Shown one piece after another: positions 42,791-51,936 of a DNA stretch of 64,000 nucleotides; position 1 is the stretch's first letter; each line of letters starts with the position of its first letter. The notes beneath the pieces are model-generated. The model had not been told where the DNA came from, did not search any database, and saw only the letters and a list, made by a program, of their open reading frames with translations. Made by a program: the position numbers and the translations under genes. The stretch is from Tepidiformaceae bacterium. Its GTDB lineage: Bacteria > Chloroflexota > Dehalococcoidia > Tepidiformales > Tepidiformaceae. Location of the stretch: NCBI GenBank assembly GCA_963664025.2, contig OY760861.2, positions 1,822,741-1,886,740 on the forward strand. Reading direction: 5' to 3'.

Positions 42791-43119
42791 AGATGGCAGA
42801 CACGGAGACGAAGACCCGTCCGACCGACGAGGAACTGCGCGAGCGCATCCGCGAGGTGAAGGATCCCGAGATCGACATGAGCATCGTCGACCTCGGGCTC
42901 GTGTACGAGATCGAGTGGGACGAGGGCACGGTGAACGTGAAGATGACGCTCACGAGCCCGGGGTGCCCGCTGGGGCCGATCATCCGCGGGGCGGTCTACG
43001 CGAAGGTGAAGGACCTGCCGGGGGTGGAGGACGTGGACGTGGAGATCGTCTGGAACCCGCCGTGGGACCCGCGCACGATGGCGAGCGAGGACGTGAAGAT
43101 GGCGCTCGGCATCTGGTAG
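42787..43119 (+). CDS. sufT: DUF59/MIP18-family Fe-S assembly protein (SufT-like)
   Basis: VKDPEIDMSIVDLGLVY...MTLTSPGCPLGP. ATGA overlap with sufU. Confidence 0.8.
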   Translation: MKMADTETKTRPTDEELRERIREVKDPEIDMSIVDLGLVYEIEWDEGTVNVKMTLTSPGCPLGPIIRGAVYAKVKDLPGVEDVDVEIVWNPPWDPRTMASEDVKMALGIW

Positions 43120-43214
43120 GGCGCGCCGCGAATCCTTCCCCGCGAACCATCTCCCCTGAATCGCCCCGGAAGCGCGCGGGCGCGGCTGCGGGCGGCTGTA
43201 GACTAGGGCGCACG

Positions 43215-43649
43215 GTGACGTGCGAACAGGAGACGGCGACGACCCTGCGCGAGGCGGGCTTCCGCGTGACCCCGCAGCGGCTGCTCATCGCCTCGGCGCT
43301 GCGGCACGCGGGGCGGCACCTGAGCGCCGCCGAGATCGCCGCCGAGGTGCGCGCCGTCTATCCCGTCGTCGAACTGAGCACGATCTACCGCACGGTGGAG
43401 ATGCTGAAGCGGCAGCAGCTGGCGACGGCGACGGACATGGGCGGCGACGACCTGCTCTTCGAGTGGTCGGCGGGGGAGGCGCACCACCACCTCATCTGTT
43501 CGGGCTGCCGCAAGATGCAGGTGCTCGACCACGCCTACCTCGACGGGCTGGCGGAGGAGGTGGGGCGCGACTTCGGCTTCGAGGCGGACCTGCACCACTT
43601 CGCCATCTTCGGGCTCTGCCGCGACTGCCGGGCGGAGGCGGAGGCGTGA
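43215..43649 (+). CDS. Fur family transcriptional regulator
   Basis: FRVTPQRLLI...HLSAAEI...STIYRTVEML, HHHLIC.GC and C..C motifs. TAGACT lies 10 nt upstream of the GTG. Confidence 0.8.
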   Translation: MTCEQETATTLREAGFRVTPQRLLIASALRHAGRHLSAAEIAAEVRAVYPVVELSTIYRTVEMLKRQQLATATDMGGDDLLFEWSAGEAHHHLICSGCRKMQVLDHAYLDGLAEEVGRDFGFEADLHHFAIFGLCRDCRAEAEA

Positions 43650-45094
43650 GCGCGAGCGCGGAGCTGCTGAAGGCGCTGCGGGAGGCGGTGGGGCGCGAGC
43701 ACGTGCTGCACAAGCCCGAGGACCTGCTCGTGTACGAGCTGGACGGGACGATCGACCGTTCCGCCCCGGACGCGGTCGTCTTCCCCGCGACCACGGAGGA
43801 GACGCAGGCGGTGGTGCGCGCCTGCAACGCGCACGGGACGCCGGTGACGCCGCGGGGGGCGGGCACGGGGCTGAGCGGGGGCGCGGTGCCCGCGCGCCAG
43901 GGCGTCGTGCTGGCGACGGCGCGGATGCGGCGCATCCTCGACGTGGACCCGGTGGAGCGCACGGCGACGGTCGAGCCGGGCGTCCCCAACATCCAGCTGA
44001 CGGAGGCGGCGGCGGCGCACGGGCTGTTCTACGCGCCGGACCCGAGCAGCCAGAAGGCGTGCACGATCGGGGGGAACGTGGCGGAGAACGCGGGCGGGCC
44101 GCACTGCCTCGCGCTGGGGGTGACGACGAACCATGTGATCGGCATGGAGGTGGTGACGGCGAGCGGCGAGGCGGAGTGGCTGGGGAGCCGCGGGCCGGAG
44201 CCGCTCGGCTACGACCTGCGGGGGCTGTTCATCGGCTCGGAGGGGACGCTGGGGATCGCGACGAAGGTGGTGGTGCGGCTGCTGCCGGAGCCGGAGACGG
44301 TGGTGACGCTGCTCGCCATCTTCGACGACGTGGAGGGGGCGAGCGAGACGGTCTCGGCGGTGATCGGGGCGGGGCTCGTGCCCGCCGCGCTGGAGATGAT
44401 GGACCGCGTGACGCTGCAGGCGGCGGAGGCGGGGCTGCGCTGCGGCTATCCGCCCGACGCGGGGGCGGTGCTGCTGATCGAGCTGGACGGCATCGAGGAG
44501 GTCGTGCGGGGGCAGGTGACGCGGGCGCGGGCGGCCTGCAACGAGCACGGCGCGACCGAGATCCGCACGGCCACGGAGCCCGCCGAGCGGGAGTTGCTGT
44601 GGAAGGGGCGCAAGGGGGCGATCGGGTCGCTGGGGCGGATCGCGCCCAACTACTACCTGCTCGACGGGGTCGTGCCGCGCTCGCGGCTGGTGGAGACGAT
44701 GGGCGAGGTGGCGCGCATCAGCGCGGCGCACGGCTTCCCCGTGGCCAACGTGTTCCACGCGGGCGACGGCAACCTGCATCCCTGCCTGCTGTTCGACGAG
44801 CGGGAGGAGGGGACGACGGCGCGCGTGCTGGAGGCGGGGGCGGAGATCATGCGCGTGTGCGTGGAGGCGGGCGGGGCGCTGACGGGGGAGCACGGCGTGG
44901 GCTTCGAGAAGCAGCGCTTCATGCCGTGGCTCTACAGCGAGACGGACCTGGAGAACATGGGGCGCGTGCGGGGCGTGTTCGGGAACGCGGGCGCCTTCAA
45001 CCCGTGCAAGGTGCTGCCCGAGGGCGCGGGCTGCGGCGAGATGGCGCACCAGCAGGGGGCGCTGGCGGCGGCCGGGCCGGACGCCTATGTCTGA
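43646..45094 (+). CDS. glcD: FAD-linked oxidase, glycolate oxidase subunit GlcD-like
   Basis: FAD-binding PCMH-type N-terminus (PRGAGTGLSGGAVP), GEHGVGFEK, and gene order with glcE/glcF. Confidence 0.85.
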   Translation: MSASAELLKALREAVGREHVLHKPEDLLVYELDGTIDRSAPDAVVFPATTEETQAVVRACNAHGTPVTPRGAGTGLSGGAVPARQGVVLATARMRRILDVDPVERTATVEPGVPNIQLTEAAAAHGLFYAPDPSSQKACTIGGNVAENAGGPHCLALGVTTNHVIGMEVVTASGEAEWLGSRGPEPLGYDLRGLFIGSEGTLGIATKVVVRLLPEPETVVTLLAIFDDVEGASETVSAVIGAGLVPAALEMMDRVTLQAAEAGLRCGYPPDAGAVLLIELDGIEEVVRGQVTRARAACNEHGATEIRTATEPAERELLWKGRKGAIGSLGRIAPNYYLLDGVVPRSRLVETMGEVARISAAHGFPVANVFHAGDGNLHPCLLFDEREEGTTARVLEAGAEIMRVCVEAGGALTGEHGVGFEKQRFMPWLYSETDLENMGRVRGVFGNAGAFNPCKVLPEGAGCGEMAHQQGALAAAGPDAYV

Positions 45095-46265
45095 GGCGGC
45101 GACACGGGCGGCGCCGCTCGTGGCGGGACGCGCGCCGGAGGCGGTCCTCGCCCCGGCGAGCCTCGGCGACCTGCGCGAACTGGCGGCGGCGCGCGACGGG
45201 CGCACGCTCGTCCCCGTGGGGGGCGGCACGCAGCTGGCGCTGGGGGGCGCGCCGCGCGGACCGTTCGCGCTGGTGGACGTGCGCGCGGCGCTGGCGGGCG
45301 AGATCGAGCACGAGCCCGCGGACCTGACGGCGGTGGTCCCCGCGGGCGTGACGCTGGGCGAACTGGACGCGCGGCTGGCGGCCTCGGGACAGCGCCTGCC
45401 CCTCGACCCGCCGCACGCGGAACGGGCGACGATCGGGGGCGCGCTGGCGGTGGGAACGGGCGGGCCGCTGCGCACGCGCCACGGCCTTCCCCGCGACTTC
45501 GTGCTGGGCATGACGGTGCTGCGCGCGGACGGGGAGCTGGTGAAGGCGGGCGGGCGCGTCGTGAAGAACGTGACGGGGTACGACCTGATGCGGCTGTGGT
45601 GCGGCTCGCTGGGCACGATCGGCATCGTCACGTCGGCGGCGGTGCGCGTGCTGCCGCGCGCGGAGACGGTCGACCTGCGCTTCGAGGCGGGGTCGCTGGC
45701 GGAGGGGCGGGCGCTGGCGGAGCGGTTCCTGCGGGCCGACCTGCGCCCCGAACTGCTGGACCTGACGAAGGAAGCGGGCGGCTGGCGCGGGATCGTGCGG
45801 CTCATCGAGGGGGCCGTGCCGAAGGCGACGGAACTGGCGGGCGCGGACCTCGTTCCGTGCGGCGAGGGCGACTACCTGGAGGCGCGCGACCTCGGCTTCG
45901 GGGAGGGCGACGCGCTCACGCTGCGCGCCTCGTGCGCGACGGGCGCGATCGCGGAGACGGCGGCGGCGCTCGAAGCGCTGGGGCCGTCGCGGGCGCTCGT
46001 GCGGCCCCTCGCGCGGGAGGCGCGGGCGACGTGGGAGGCGAGCGCCGTCCCCGATGCGGACGCGCTCGCGGGGGCGGTGGGGCGGCTGCGGGCGGCGCTG
46101 GCGGAGACGGGCGGCGCGGTCGTGGCGGAGCGCATCCCCGACGGCCTGCGCGGGGCGCTCGACCCGTGGGGAAGGCCGCCGTCGCCCGCGCGCATGGCGG
46201 CGGTCAAGGCCGCGTTCGACCCGGACGGGCGGCTGAACGCGGGGCGCTTCGCGGGGGGCATCTGA
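45087..46265 (+). CDS. glcE: FAD-binding glycolate oxidase subunit GlcE-like
   Basis: VKNVTGYDLMRL motif. Position between glcD-like and glcF-like genes. Confidence 0.75.
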   Translation: MSEAATRAAPLVAGRAPEAVLAPASLGDLRELAAARDGRTLVPVGGGTQLALGGAPRGPFALVDVRAALAGEIEHEPADLTAVVPAGVTLGELDARLAASGQRLPLDPPHAERATIGGALAVGTGGPLRTRHGLPRDFVLGMTVLRADGELVKAGGRVVKNVTGYDLMRLWCGSLGTIGIVTSAAVRVLPRAETVDLRFEAGSLAEGRALAERFLRADLRPELLDLTKEAGGWRGIVRLIEGAVPKATELAGADLVPCGEGDYLEARDLGFGEGDALTLRASCATGAIAETAAALEALGPSRALVRPLAREARATWEASAVPDADALAGAVGRLRAALAETGGAVVAERIPDGLRGALDPWGRPPSPARMAAVKAAFDPDGRLNAGRFAGGI

Positions 46266-46266
46266 G

Positions 46267-47538
46267 ATGACCGGCTGGCCGCTCGCGGAAGACGCGCCGG
46301 ACACGGCGGACCTGGCGAAGTGCGTCCACTGCGGGCTGTGCGTGAACGCGTGCCCGACGTACGCGATCACGGGGCTGGAGGCGGAGTCGCCGCGGGGGCG
46401 CATCCACCTCGCGCGGGCCGTGGCGGAGGAGCGCATCCCCCTGACGGAGGCGATCCAGGGCCACTGGGAGCTGTGCCTGCAGTGCCGCGCCTGCGAGGCG
46501 GTCTGCCCGAGCGGCGTGCCCTACGGGCGCATCATGGAGCGGGCGCGGGCGCAGCTCGACGCGGCCCCGCCGTCCGGGGGCTTCCAGCGGCGGCTGCGGC
46601 GCTTCGCGCTGCGGAACGTGATCGCGAGGCCGCGCGCGCTGGCGGCGGCGCTCGCGCCCGTGCGCTGGTTCGCGCGGTCGCCGCTGCGGGCGCTGGCGCG
46701 GGCGGCGGGCCTCCTGCGATTCATGGGGCCGCTGGGGCGGCTGGAGGCGCAACTGGGGCGTCCGGGACGGCCCTTCCGTGCGCGCGACGCGGCTGGCGCG
46801 GGGGAGGTCGCGCTGTTCACGGGGTGCGTGATGGCCGAACTGTTCGGGGACGCGCACCGCGCGAGCGTGCGCGTGCTGGAGCGGAGCGGGGCGCGCGTGT
46901 TCGCGCCGAAGGGGCAGGGCTGCTGCGGGGCGCTGAGCGCGCACGACGGCGACCTGGAGCAGGCGCGGCGGCTGGCGCGGGCGAACGTGGCCGCCTTCGA
47001 GGCGTCGGGCGCGGAGACGATCGTGGTGAACTCGGCGGGCTGCGGCGCGGCGATGAAGGAGTACGGCGAACTGCTGGCGGAGGACGCCGCGTTCGCGGAG
47101 CGCGCCGGGGCGCTGGCGGCGCGCGTCCTCGATTTCAGCGAGTACCTGGCGGGGCGCGAGCCGGCGGCGGGGCGGCTGGCGGCGCGCGTCGCCTACCAGG
47201 ACGCCTGCCACCTCGCGCACGCGCAGGGCGTCAGCGCGGAGCCGCGGGCGCTGCTGGAGGCGGTCGAGGGCTGCGAACTGGTCGAGACGGAGGGGGCGGA
47301 CATGTGCTGCGGCGCGGCGGGCGTCTACAGCCTCATCCAGCCGGCGATGTCGGGGGAGTTGCGGGCGCGGAAGGCGGCGCAGTTCCGCGAGCATCGCCCG
47401 GACGTGGTCGTGACGGCGAATCCGGGCTGCCAGATGCAGTACGAGGCGGCGGTGCGGGAGGCGGGCGTGAGCGCGCGCGTGCTGCACGTGGCGGAGGCGC
47501 TGGACGAGGCGCAGCGCGCGGCGGAGCGGGGGCCGTAG
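46267..47538 (+). CDS. glcF: glycolate oxidase iron-sulfur subunit GlcF-like (2x 4Fe-4S, CCG domains)
   Basis: CVHCGLCVNACP and CLQCRACEAVCP ferredoxin motifs, plus two CCG-type regions (GCCG, MCCGAAG). Confidence 0.85.
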   Translation: MTGWPLAEDAPDTADLAKCVHCGLCVNACPTYAITGLEAESPRGRIHLARAVAEERIPLTEAIQGHWELCLQCRACEAVCPSGVPYGRIMERARAQLDAAPPSGGFQRRLRRFALRNVIARPRALAAALAPVRWFARSPLRALARAAGLLRFMGPLGRLEAQLGRPGRPFRARDAAGAGEVALFTGCVMAELFGDAHRASVRVLERSGARVFAPKGQGCCGALSAHDGDLEQARRLARANVAAFEASGAETIVVNSAGCGAAMKEYGELLAEDAAFAERAGALAARVLDFSEYLAGREPAAGRLAARVAYQDACHLAHAQGVSAEPRALLEAVEGCELVETEGADMCCGAAGVYSLIQPAMSGELRARKAAQFREHRPDVVVTANPGCQMQYEAAVREAGVSARVLHVAEALDEAQRAAERGP

Positions 47539-47616
47539 CCCCGACTTCGCCCCTGCCCTAGAGTGTTGCGACGCCCGAGCGTTTCGCGCTCGGGCCGATC
47601 GGCGTTGGGGCGAGCG

Positions 47617-50600
47617 ATGACGAGCCAGCTGGCGGGCGTGCGGACCGCCGTCGAGGGACGCCTCGGCGGGCTGGCGCGCGCGCGCGCGCCGGTGCGGCTG
47701 GGGGCGCCGGACGCGGCCAAGCCGGTCACGATCGCGGCGCTGGCGACGGCGCGCGAGGGGCCGACGCTGGTGCTGGCGGCGACGCCGGGGCGGGCGGGCC
47801 TGCTGGCGGAGGAGCTGGCGCTGTACGCGGGCGACCTGCCCGTCGCGCGGCTGCCGGCGGGCGAGCGGCTCCCCTACGAACTGGCGGAGGACGACCCCGC
47901 CGCCGTCGCCGAGCGCGACCGCGCCCTGCGGCAGTTGCGGTCGGGCGAGCGCGGCCTCGTGGCGGCGTCGTGGGCGGCGGCGGCGGAGTTCCGCGCGGGG
48001 CCGGAAGCGGAGGCGGCGGGGGTCGAGGCGCGGGCGGGGGCGGCGCTCGCGCCGGAAGCGCTCCAGCGGGCGCTGGAGGCGGCGGGCTACCGCTTCGAGC
48101 CGCTGGCGGACGAGCCGGGCGTGGCGGCGCGGCGCGGCGGCATCCTCGACGTGTTCCCCGCGGGCGCGGAGGAGCCGCTGCGGATCGAGTTCTTCGGCGA
48201 CGAGGTCGAGAGCATCCGGCGCATCGACCTGGCGACGCAGCGCAGCATCGAGCGGGTGGCGTCGGCGACGCTGCCGCCGCTGGCGAGCCACACGCCGGAG
48301 GCGCAGGCGCGGGCGCGCGACTTGCGCGCCGCGATCACCGCCGGGGGCGAGGCCGCGGAGGCGATCGCGCAGGAGCTGGAGTTGCTGGCGGGCGGCGAGC
48401 GCAGCCGCTTCCCCGGCTACTTCGAGCCGCTGCTGAACCGCGCGACCGCGTTCGACCACCTCGCGCCGGATGCGCTGGTGGTCGTGGACGAGCGGGAGGA
48501 GGGGATCGAGGCGCTGGCGCAGCACGTGCGGCACCAGGAGGAGGCGCGCGGGGCGCTGGAGCGGCGCGGCGAGATCCCCGAGGGGCTGCCCGCGCTCGGG
48601 CTCGGACCGGCGGAGGTGGGGGCGCTGCTGGACGGGCATGGGGCGCGCGCCGAACTGAGCCGCTTCGGGGCGGAGGCGCTGGGGGCGGAACGGCTGCCGT
48701 TCGCGGCGGCGCCGTCGTTCGGGGGGCGCATCCGCGAGGTGGTGGGGCAGGCGGAGGCGTGGGCGGAGGAGGGGCGCGCGGTCGTGCTCGCCTCCCAGCA
48801 GGCGCTGCGCCTCGCCGACCTGATGGAGGAGGAGGGGACCGAGCCGCGCCTGCTGCGCGCGCTCGCCGAGCCGCCCGCGCCGGGGACGATCGCGATCGTG
48901 CCCGCGACGGCGAGCGGCGGCTTCCTGCTGGGGGAGACGTTCGCGCTGATCAGCGACGAGGAGGTGTTCGGGCTGCGGCGCACGCGGCGTCCGCAGCGGC
49001 GGCGGCGCGGGATCACGCCGAACCTCCTGACGACGCTCCAGCCGGGCGATTCGGTGGTGCACATCGACCACGGCATCGCGCGCTTCGCGGGGCTCACGCG
49101 GCGGACGGCGGACGGGGTGGAGCGGGAGTACCTGGAACTCGAATACGCGGAGGGCGACCGCCTCTACGTTCCCACGGACCAGCTGGACGCGGTGAGCGCC
49201 TACGTGGGGCCGAGCGACCGGCCGCCGTCGCTCACGCGGCTGGGATCGCAGGAGTGGGCGCACGCGAAGCGTCGGGTGCGGCGGGCGGTGGCGGAGATCG
49301 CGCAGGAGCTGCTCGACCTGTACGCGCGGCGGGCGGTGGCGAAGGGCGACGCCTGCGCGGAGGACGGCCCCTGGCAGATCGAGATGGAGGGCGCGTTCCC
49401 CTTCGTGGAGACGCCGGACCAGCTGCAGGCGATCACGGACGTGAAGGCGGACATGGAGTCGGAGAAGCCGATGGACCGGCTGATCGCGGGGGACGTGGGC
49501 TACGGGAAGACGGAGGTGGCCGTGCGCGCGGCCTTCAAGGCGGTGATGGCGGGGCGGCAGGTGGCCGTGCTCGTGCCCACGACGGTGCTCGCGGAGCAGC
49601 ACGGGCAGACGTTCCGCGAGCGCATGAGCGGCTTCCCCGTCGAGGTCGCGGTGCTGTCGCGCTTCCGCGCGGCGCGGGAGCAGCGCGACCTGGTCGAGCG
49701 CATCGCGGGGGGCGACGTCGACGTCGCCATCGGGACGCACCGGCTGCTGCAGCGGGACGTGGCGTTCAAGGACCTGGGGCTGGTGGTGATCGACGAGGAG
49801 CAGCGGTTCGGGGTGGCGCACAAGGAGCGCTTCCGCCAGATGCGGGCGGATGTGGACACGCTGACGATGTCGGCGACGCCGATCCCGCGCACGCTGCAGA
49901 TGTCGCTGGCGGGCATCCGCGACACGTCGATGGTGGCGACGCCGCCGGAGGAGCGGCTGCCCATCCGCACGTACGTGACGGGCTGGGACGACGAGATCGT
50001 GCGCGAGGCGATCGTGCGCGAGATGGAGCGCGGCGGGCAGGTCTACTTCGTGCACAACCGCGTGCAGAACATCGAGCGGATCGCGATGCGGCTGCGCGAC
50101 CTCGTTCCCGAGGCGGCGATCGCGATCGGGCACGGGCAGATGCCGGAGGAGCGGCTGGAGCGCGTGATGGTCGAGTTCGGGGCGGGCGCGTACGACGTGC
50201 TGCTGTGCACGACGATCATCGAGAGCGGGCTGGACCTGCCGAACGTGAACACGATCATCATCAACAACGCCAACCAGTTCGGGCTGGCGCAGCTGTACCA
50301 GTTGCGGGGGCGGGTGGGGCGCTCGGCGAACCGCGCCTTCGCCTACTTCCTCTACGACCGCAACCGCGCGATCTCGGAGGCGGCGCAGAAGCGGCTGGCG
50401 GCGATCTTCGAGGCGGCGGAACTGGGCAGCGGCTTCCAGATCGCCCTGCGCGACCTCGAGATACGCGGGGCGGGGAACCTGCTCGGCGCGGAGCAGAGCG
50501 GCCACATCGCGGCGGTCGGGTTCGACCTGTTCTCGAAGCTGGTGGGGGAAGCGGTCGAGTCGCTCAGGGGCGGGCTGGAAGGCGGCGGCGACGGCGAACG

Positions 50601-51042
50601 CGCCCTGCCGCCCGCGCCGCGCATCGACCTGCCCGTGAGCGCGTCGATCCCCGACCGTTATGTCGCGGATATGGAGACGCGGCTGGCCATCTACGAGCGC
50701 GTCGCGGCGCTCGATTCGCCCCGGGGCGTGGCGGAGATGGAGGCGGAGCTGCGGGACCGCTTCGGGGAGCCGCCGCCGCTCGTGCAGAACCTGCTGGGGG
50801 TGGCGCTGCTGAAGGCGGTGGGGCGGCGCGCGGGCGTGGAGCGCATCTCGACAAGCCCGGAGAGCTTCCACCTGCGGCTGCGCGGGGGCGCGACGGACGC
50901 GCACCGGCGGGCGGTGGCGGCGCTGGGCGTCTCCGGGGCGCGCGTGGGGCCGGAGCAGGTGCGCATCCCGCGCGGGGAGGCGGGCACGGACTGGATGCCC
51001 CTGCTGGCGCGGACGCTGCGCGCGCTCGCGGACGCCTCCTGA
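47617..51042 (+). CDS. mfd: transcription-repair coupling factor
   Basis: CarD-like VVHIDHGIARF, helicase motifs GDVGYGKTEVA and VIDEEQRFG, and a TRG region. I prefer ATG 47617 because GTG 47563 overlaps a TAGAGT -10-like box. Confidence 0.9.
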   Translation: MTSQLAGVRTAVEGRLGGLARARAPVRLGAPDAAKPVTIAALATAREGPTLVLAATPGRAGLLAEELALYAGDLPVARLPAGERLPYELAEDDPAAVAERDRALRQLRSGERGLVAASWAAAAEFRAGPEAEAAGVEARAGAALAPEALQRALEAAGYRFEPLADEPGVAARRGGILDVFPAGAEEPLRIEFFGDEVESIRRIDLATQRSIERVASATLPPLASHTPEAQARARDLRAAITAGGEAAEAIAQELELLAGGERSRFPGYFEPLLNRATAFDHLAPDALVVVDEREEGIEALAQHVRHQEEARGALERRGEIPEGLPALGLGPAEVGALLDGHGARAELSRFGAEALGAERLPFAAAPSFGGRIREVVGQAEAWAEEGRAVVLASQQALRLADLMEEEGTEPRLLRALAEPPAPGTIAIVPATASGGFLLGETFALISDEEVFGLRRTRRPQRRRRGITPNLLTTLQPGDSVVHIDHGIARFAGLTRRTADGVEREYLELEYAEGDRLYVPTDQLDAVSAYVGPSDRPPSLTRLGSQEWAHAKRRVRRAVAEIAQELLDLYARRAVAKGDACAEDGPWQIEMEGAFPFVETPDQLQAITDVKADMESEKPMDRLIAGDVGYGKTEVAVRAAFKAVMAGRQVAVLVPTTVLAEQHGQTFRERMSGFPVEVAVLSRFRAAREQRDLVERIAGGDVDVAIGTHRLLQRDVAFKDLGLVVIDEEQRFGVAHKERFRQMRADVDTLTMSATPIPRTLQMSLAGIRDTSMVATPPEERLPIRTYVTGWDDEIVREAIVREMERGGQVYFVHNRVQNIERIAMRLRDLVPEAAIAIGHGQMPEERLERVMVEFGAGAYDVLLCTTIIESGLDLPNVNTIIINNANQFGLAQLYQLRGRVGRSANRAFAYFLYDRNRAISEAAQKRLAAIFEAAELGSGFQIALRDLEIRGAGNLLGAEQSGHIAAVGFDLFSKLVGEAVESLRGGLEGGGDGERALPPAPRIDLPVSASIPDRYVADMETRLAIYERVAALDSPRGVAEMEAELRDRFGEPPPLVQNLLGVALLKAVGRRAGVERISTSPESFHLRLRGGATDAHRRAVAALGVSGARVGPEQVRIPRGEAGTDWMPLLARTLRALADAS

Positions 51043-51077
51043 CTGGACCGCGCGGGGGCGGGGTCCATACTGGGGAC

Positions 51078-51905
51078 GTGGACGGCGCGAACCTCTTCAC
51101 GATGCTCTCGGCCTACCGGCCCGGCGCCAGCGCTTCGCCCTTCGAGGACTACTGCACGAACGGCCTCGCCTACCTGCTCGCGACGGGCCGCGAGGGGCTG
51201 GGCGCGCTCTTCGCGGAGGCGGCGGGCGCGCGCGGCGCGGTCACGGACGTGACGGTCCAGCCGGGGCCGGATGCGCCGCTGGCGGACCTCGCCGTCACGT
51301 TCGCGGACGGGCGGGAGGCGCTGGTCGAGGTGGAGGTCGCGCCCGCCGACGCGCTCCAGCGCCCGGACGCGGGCCGCGACGCCGCGCGGCTGACGGTCGG
51401 GTTCGGCGGCGGGCCGGGCGCGGTCGCGTGGAACGCCGTCGCGGACGCGATCGCGGACGGCCCCGACGGGCTCGCGCGCGAGTTCGCGGAGTTCGTGCGC
51501 CGCGACGTGCTCGGGCTGGAGGCGGTGGGGCTCGACGACGCGCTCCACACGAACCGGCTGTACGCGCTGGGCGGGGCGGCCCTGCGCGAGCGCTTCGGCC
51601 CCGGCGTGCGCTACGAGAACAGCTCGTCGCCGCCGGTGCAGGGCCGCTACCGCTACCTCGGCACGACGTTCGCGCCGGACGGCGGCGACCTGCGCTGCTG
51701 GATCGGTCTGGTCAACGAATCGCTCCCCCTGAGCGAGCACTACCACCTGATGCTGGCGAGCAAGGCGTCGCCGCTGGAGGAGCCCGCCGGCCAGCCCCGC
51801 GCGACGGGCAACTGGCGCTGGCCGCACTGGACGGGGATGGGGCGCGTGGTGCGGCCGGTGGGGCTGGGGGAGTACGGGGCGCTGCTGGCGCGGCTGGGGG
51901 AGTGA
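51078..51905 (+). CDS. hypothetical protein with weak PD-(D/E)xK-like N-terminus
   Basis: In-frame GTG preceded by CATACT-6 nt. The N-terminus FEDYCTNGLAYLL...DLAVTF...ALVEVEV loosely resembles nuclease-fold proteins, but the K is not conserved. High G+C like the host. Confidence 0.45.
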   Translation: MDGANLFTMLSAYRPGASASPFEDYCTNGLAYLLATGREGLGALFAEAAGARGAVTDVTVQPGPDAPLADLAVTFADGREALVEVEVAPADALQRPDAGRDAARLTVGFGGGPGAVAWNAVADAIADGPDGLAREFAEFVRRDVLGLEAVGLDDALHTNRLYALGGAALRERFGPGVRYENSSSPPVQGRYRYLGTTFAPDGGDLRCWIGLVNESLPLSEHYHLMLASKASPLEEPAGQPRATGNWRWPHWTGMGRVVRPVGLGEYGALLARLGE

Positions 51906-51936
51906 GGGGTATGGTTTGGCCGGGCAGGAGGAAGCG

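Noticed and set aside
47563-47616. GTG at 47563 as the mfd start (ORF-track start)
   Set aside because: The GTG overlaps the TAGAGT -10-like hexamer (47559-47564) and the first 18 codons are non-conserved. I preferred ATG 47617 (MTSQLAG...), though this is unproven.
46204-50904. 1566-aa minus-strand ORF antisense to glcF/mfd
   Set aside because: The translation is Arg/Pro/His/Ala low-complexity with no motifs. The opposite strand encodes complete, motif-rich glcF and mfd. This is the usual stop-codon-poor antisense frame of a very high-G+C genome.
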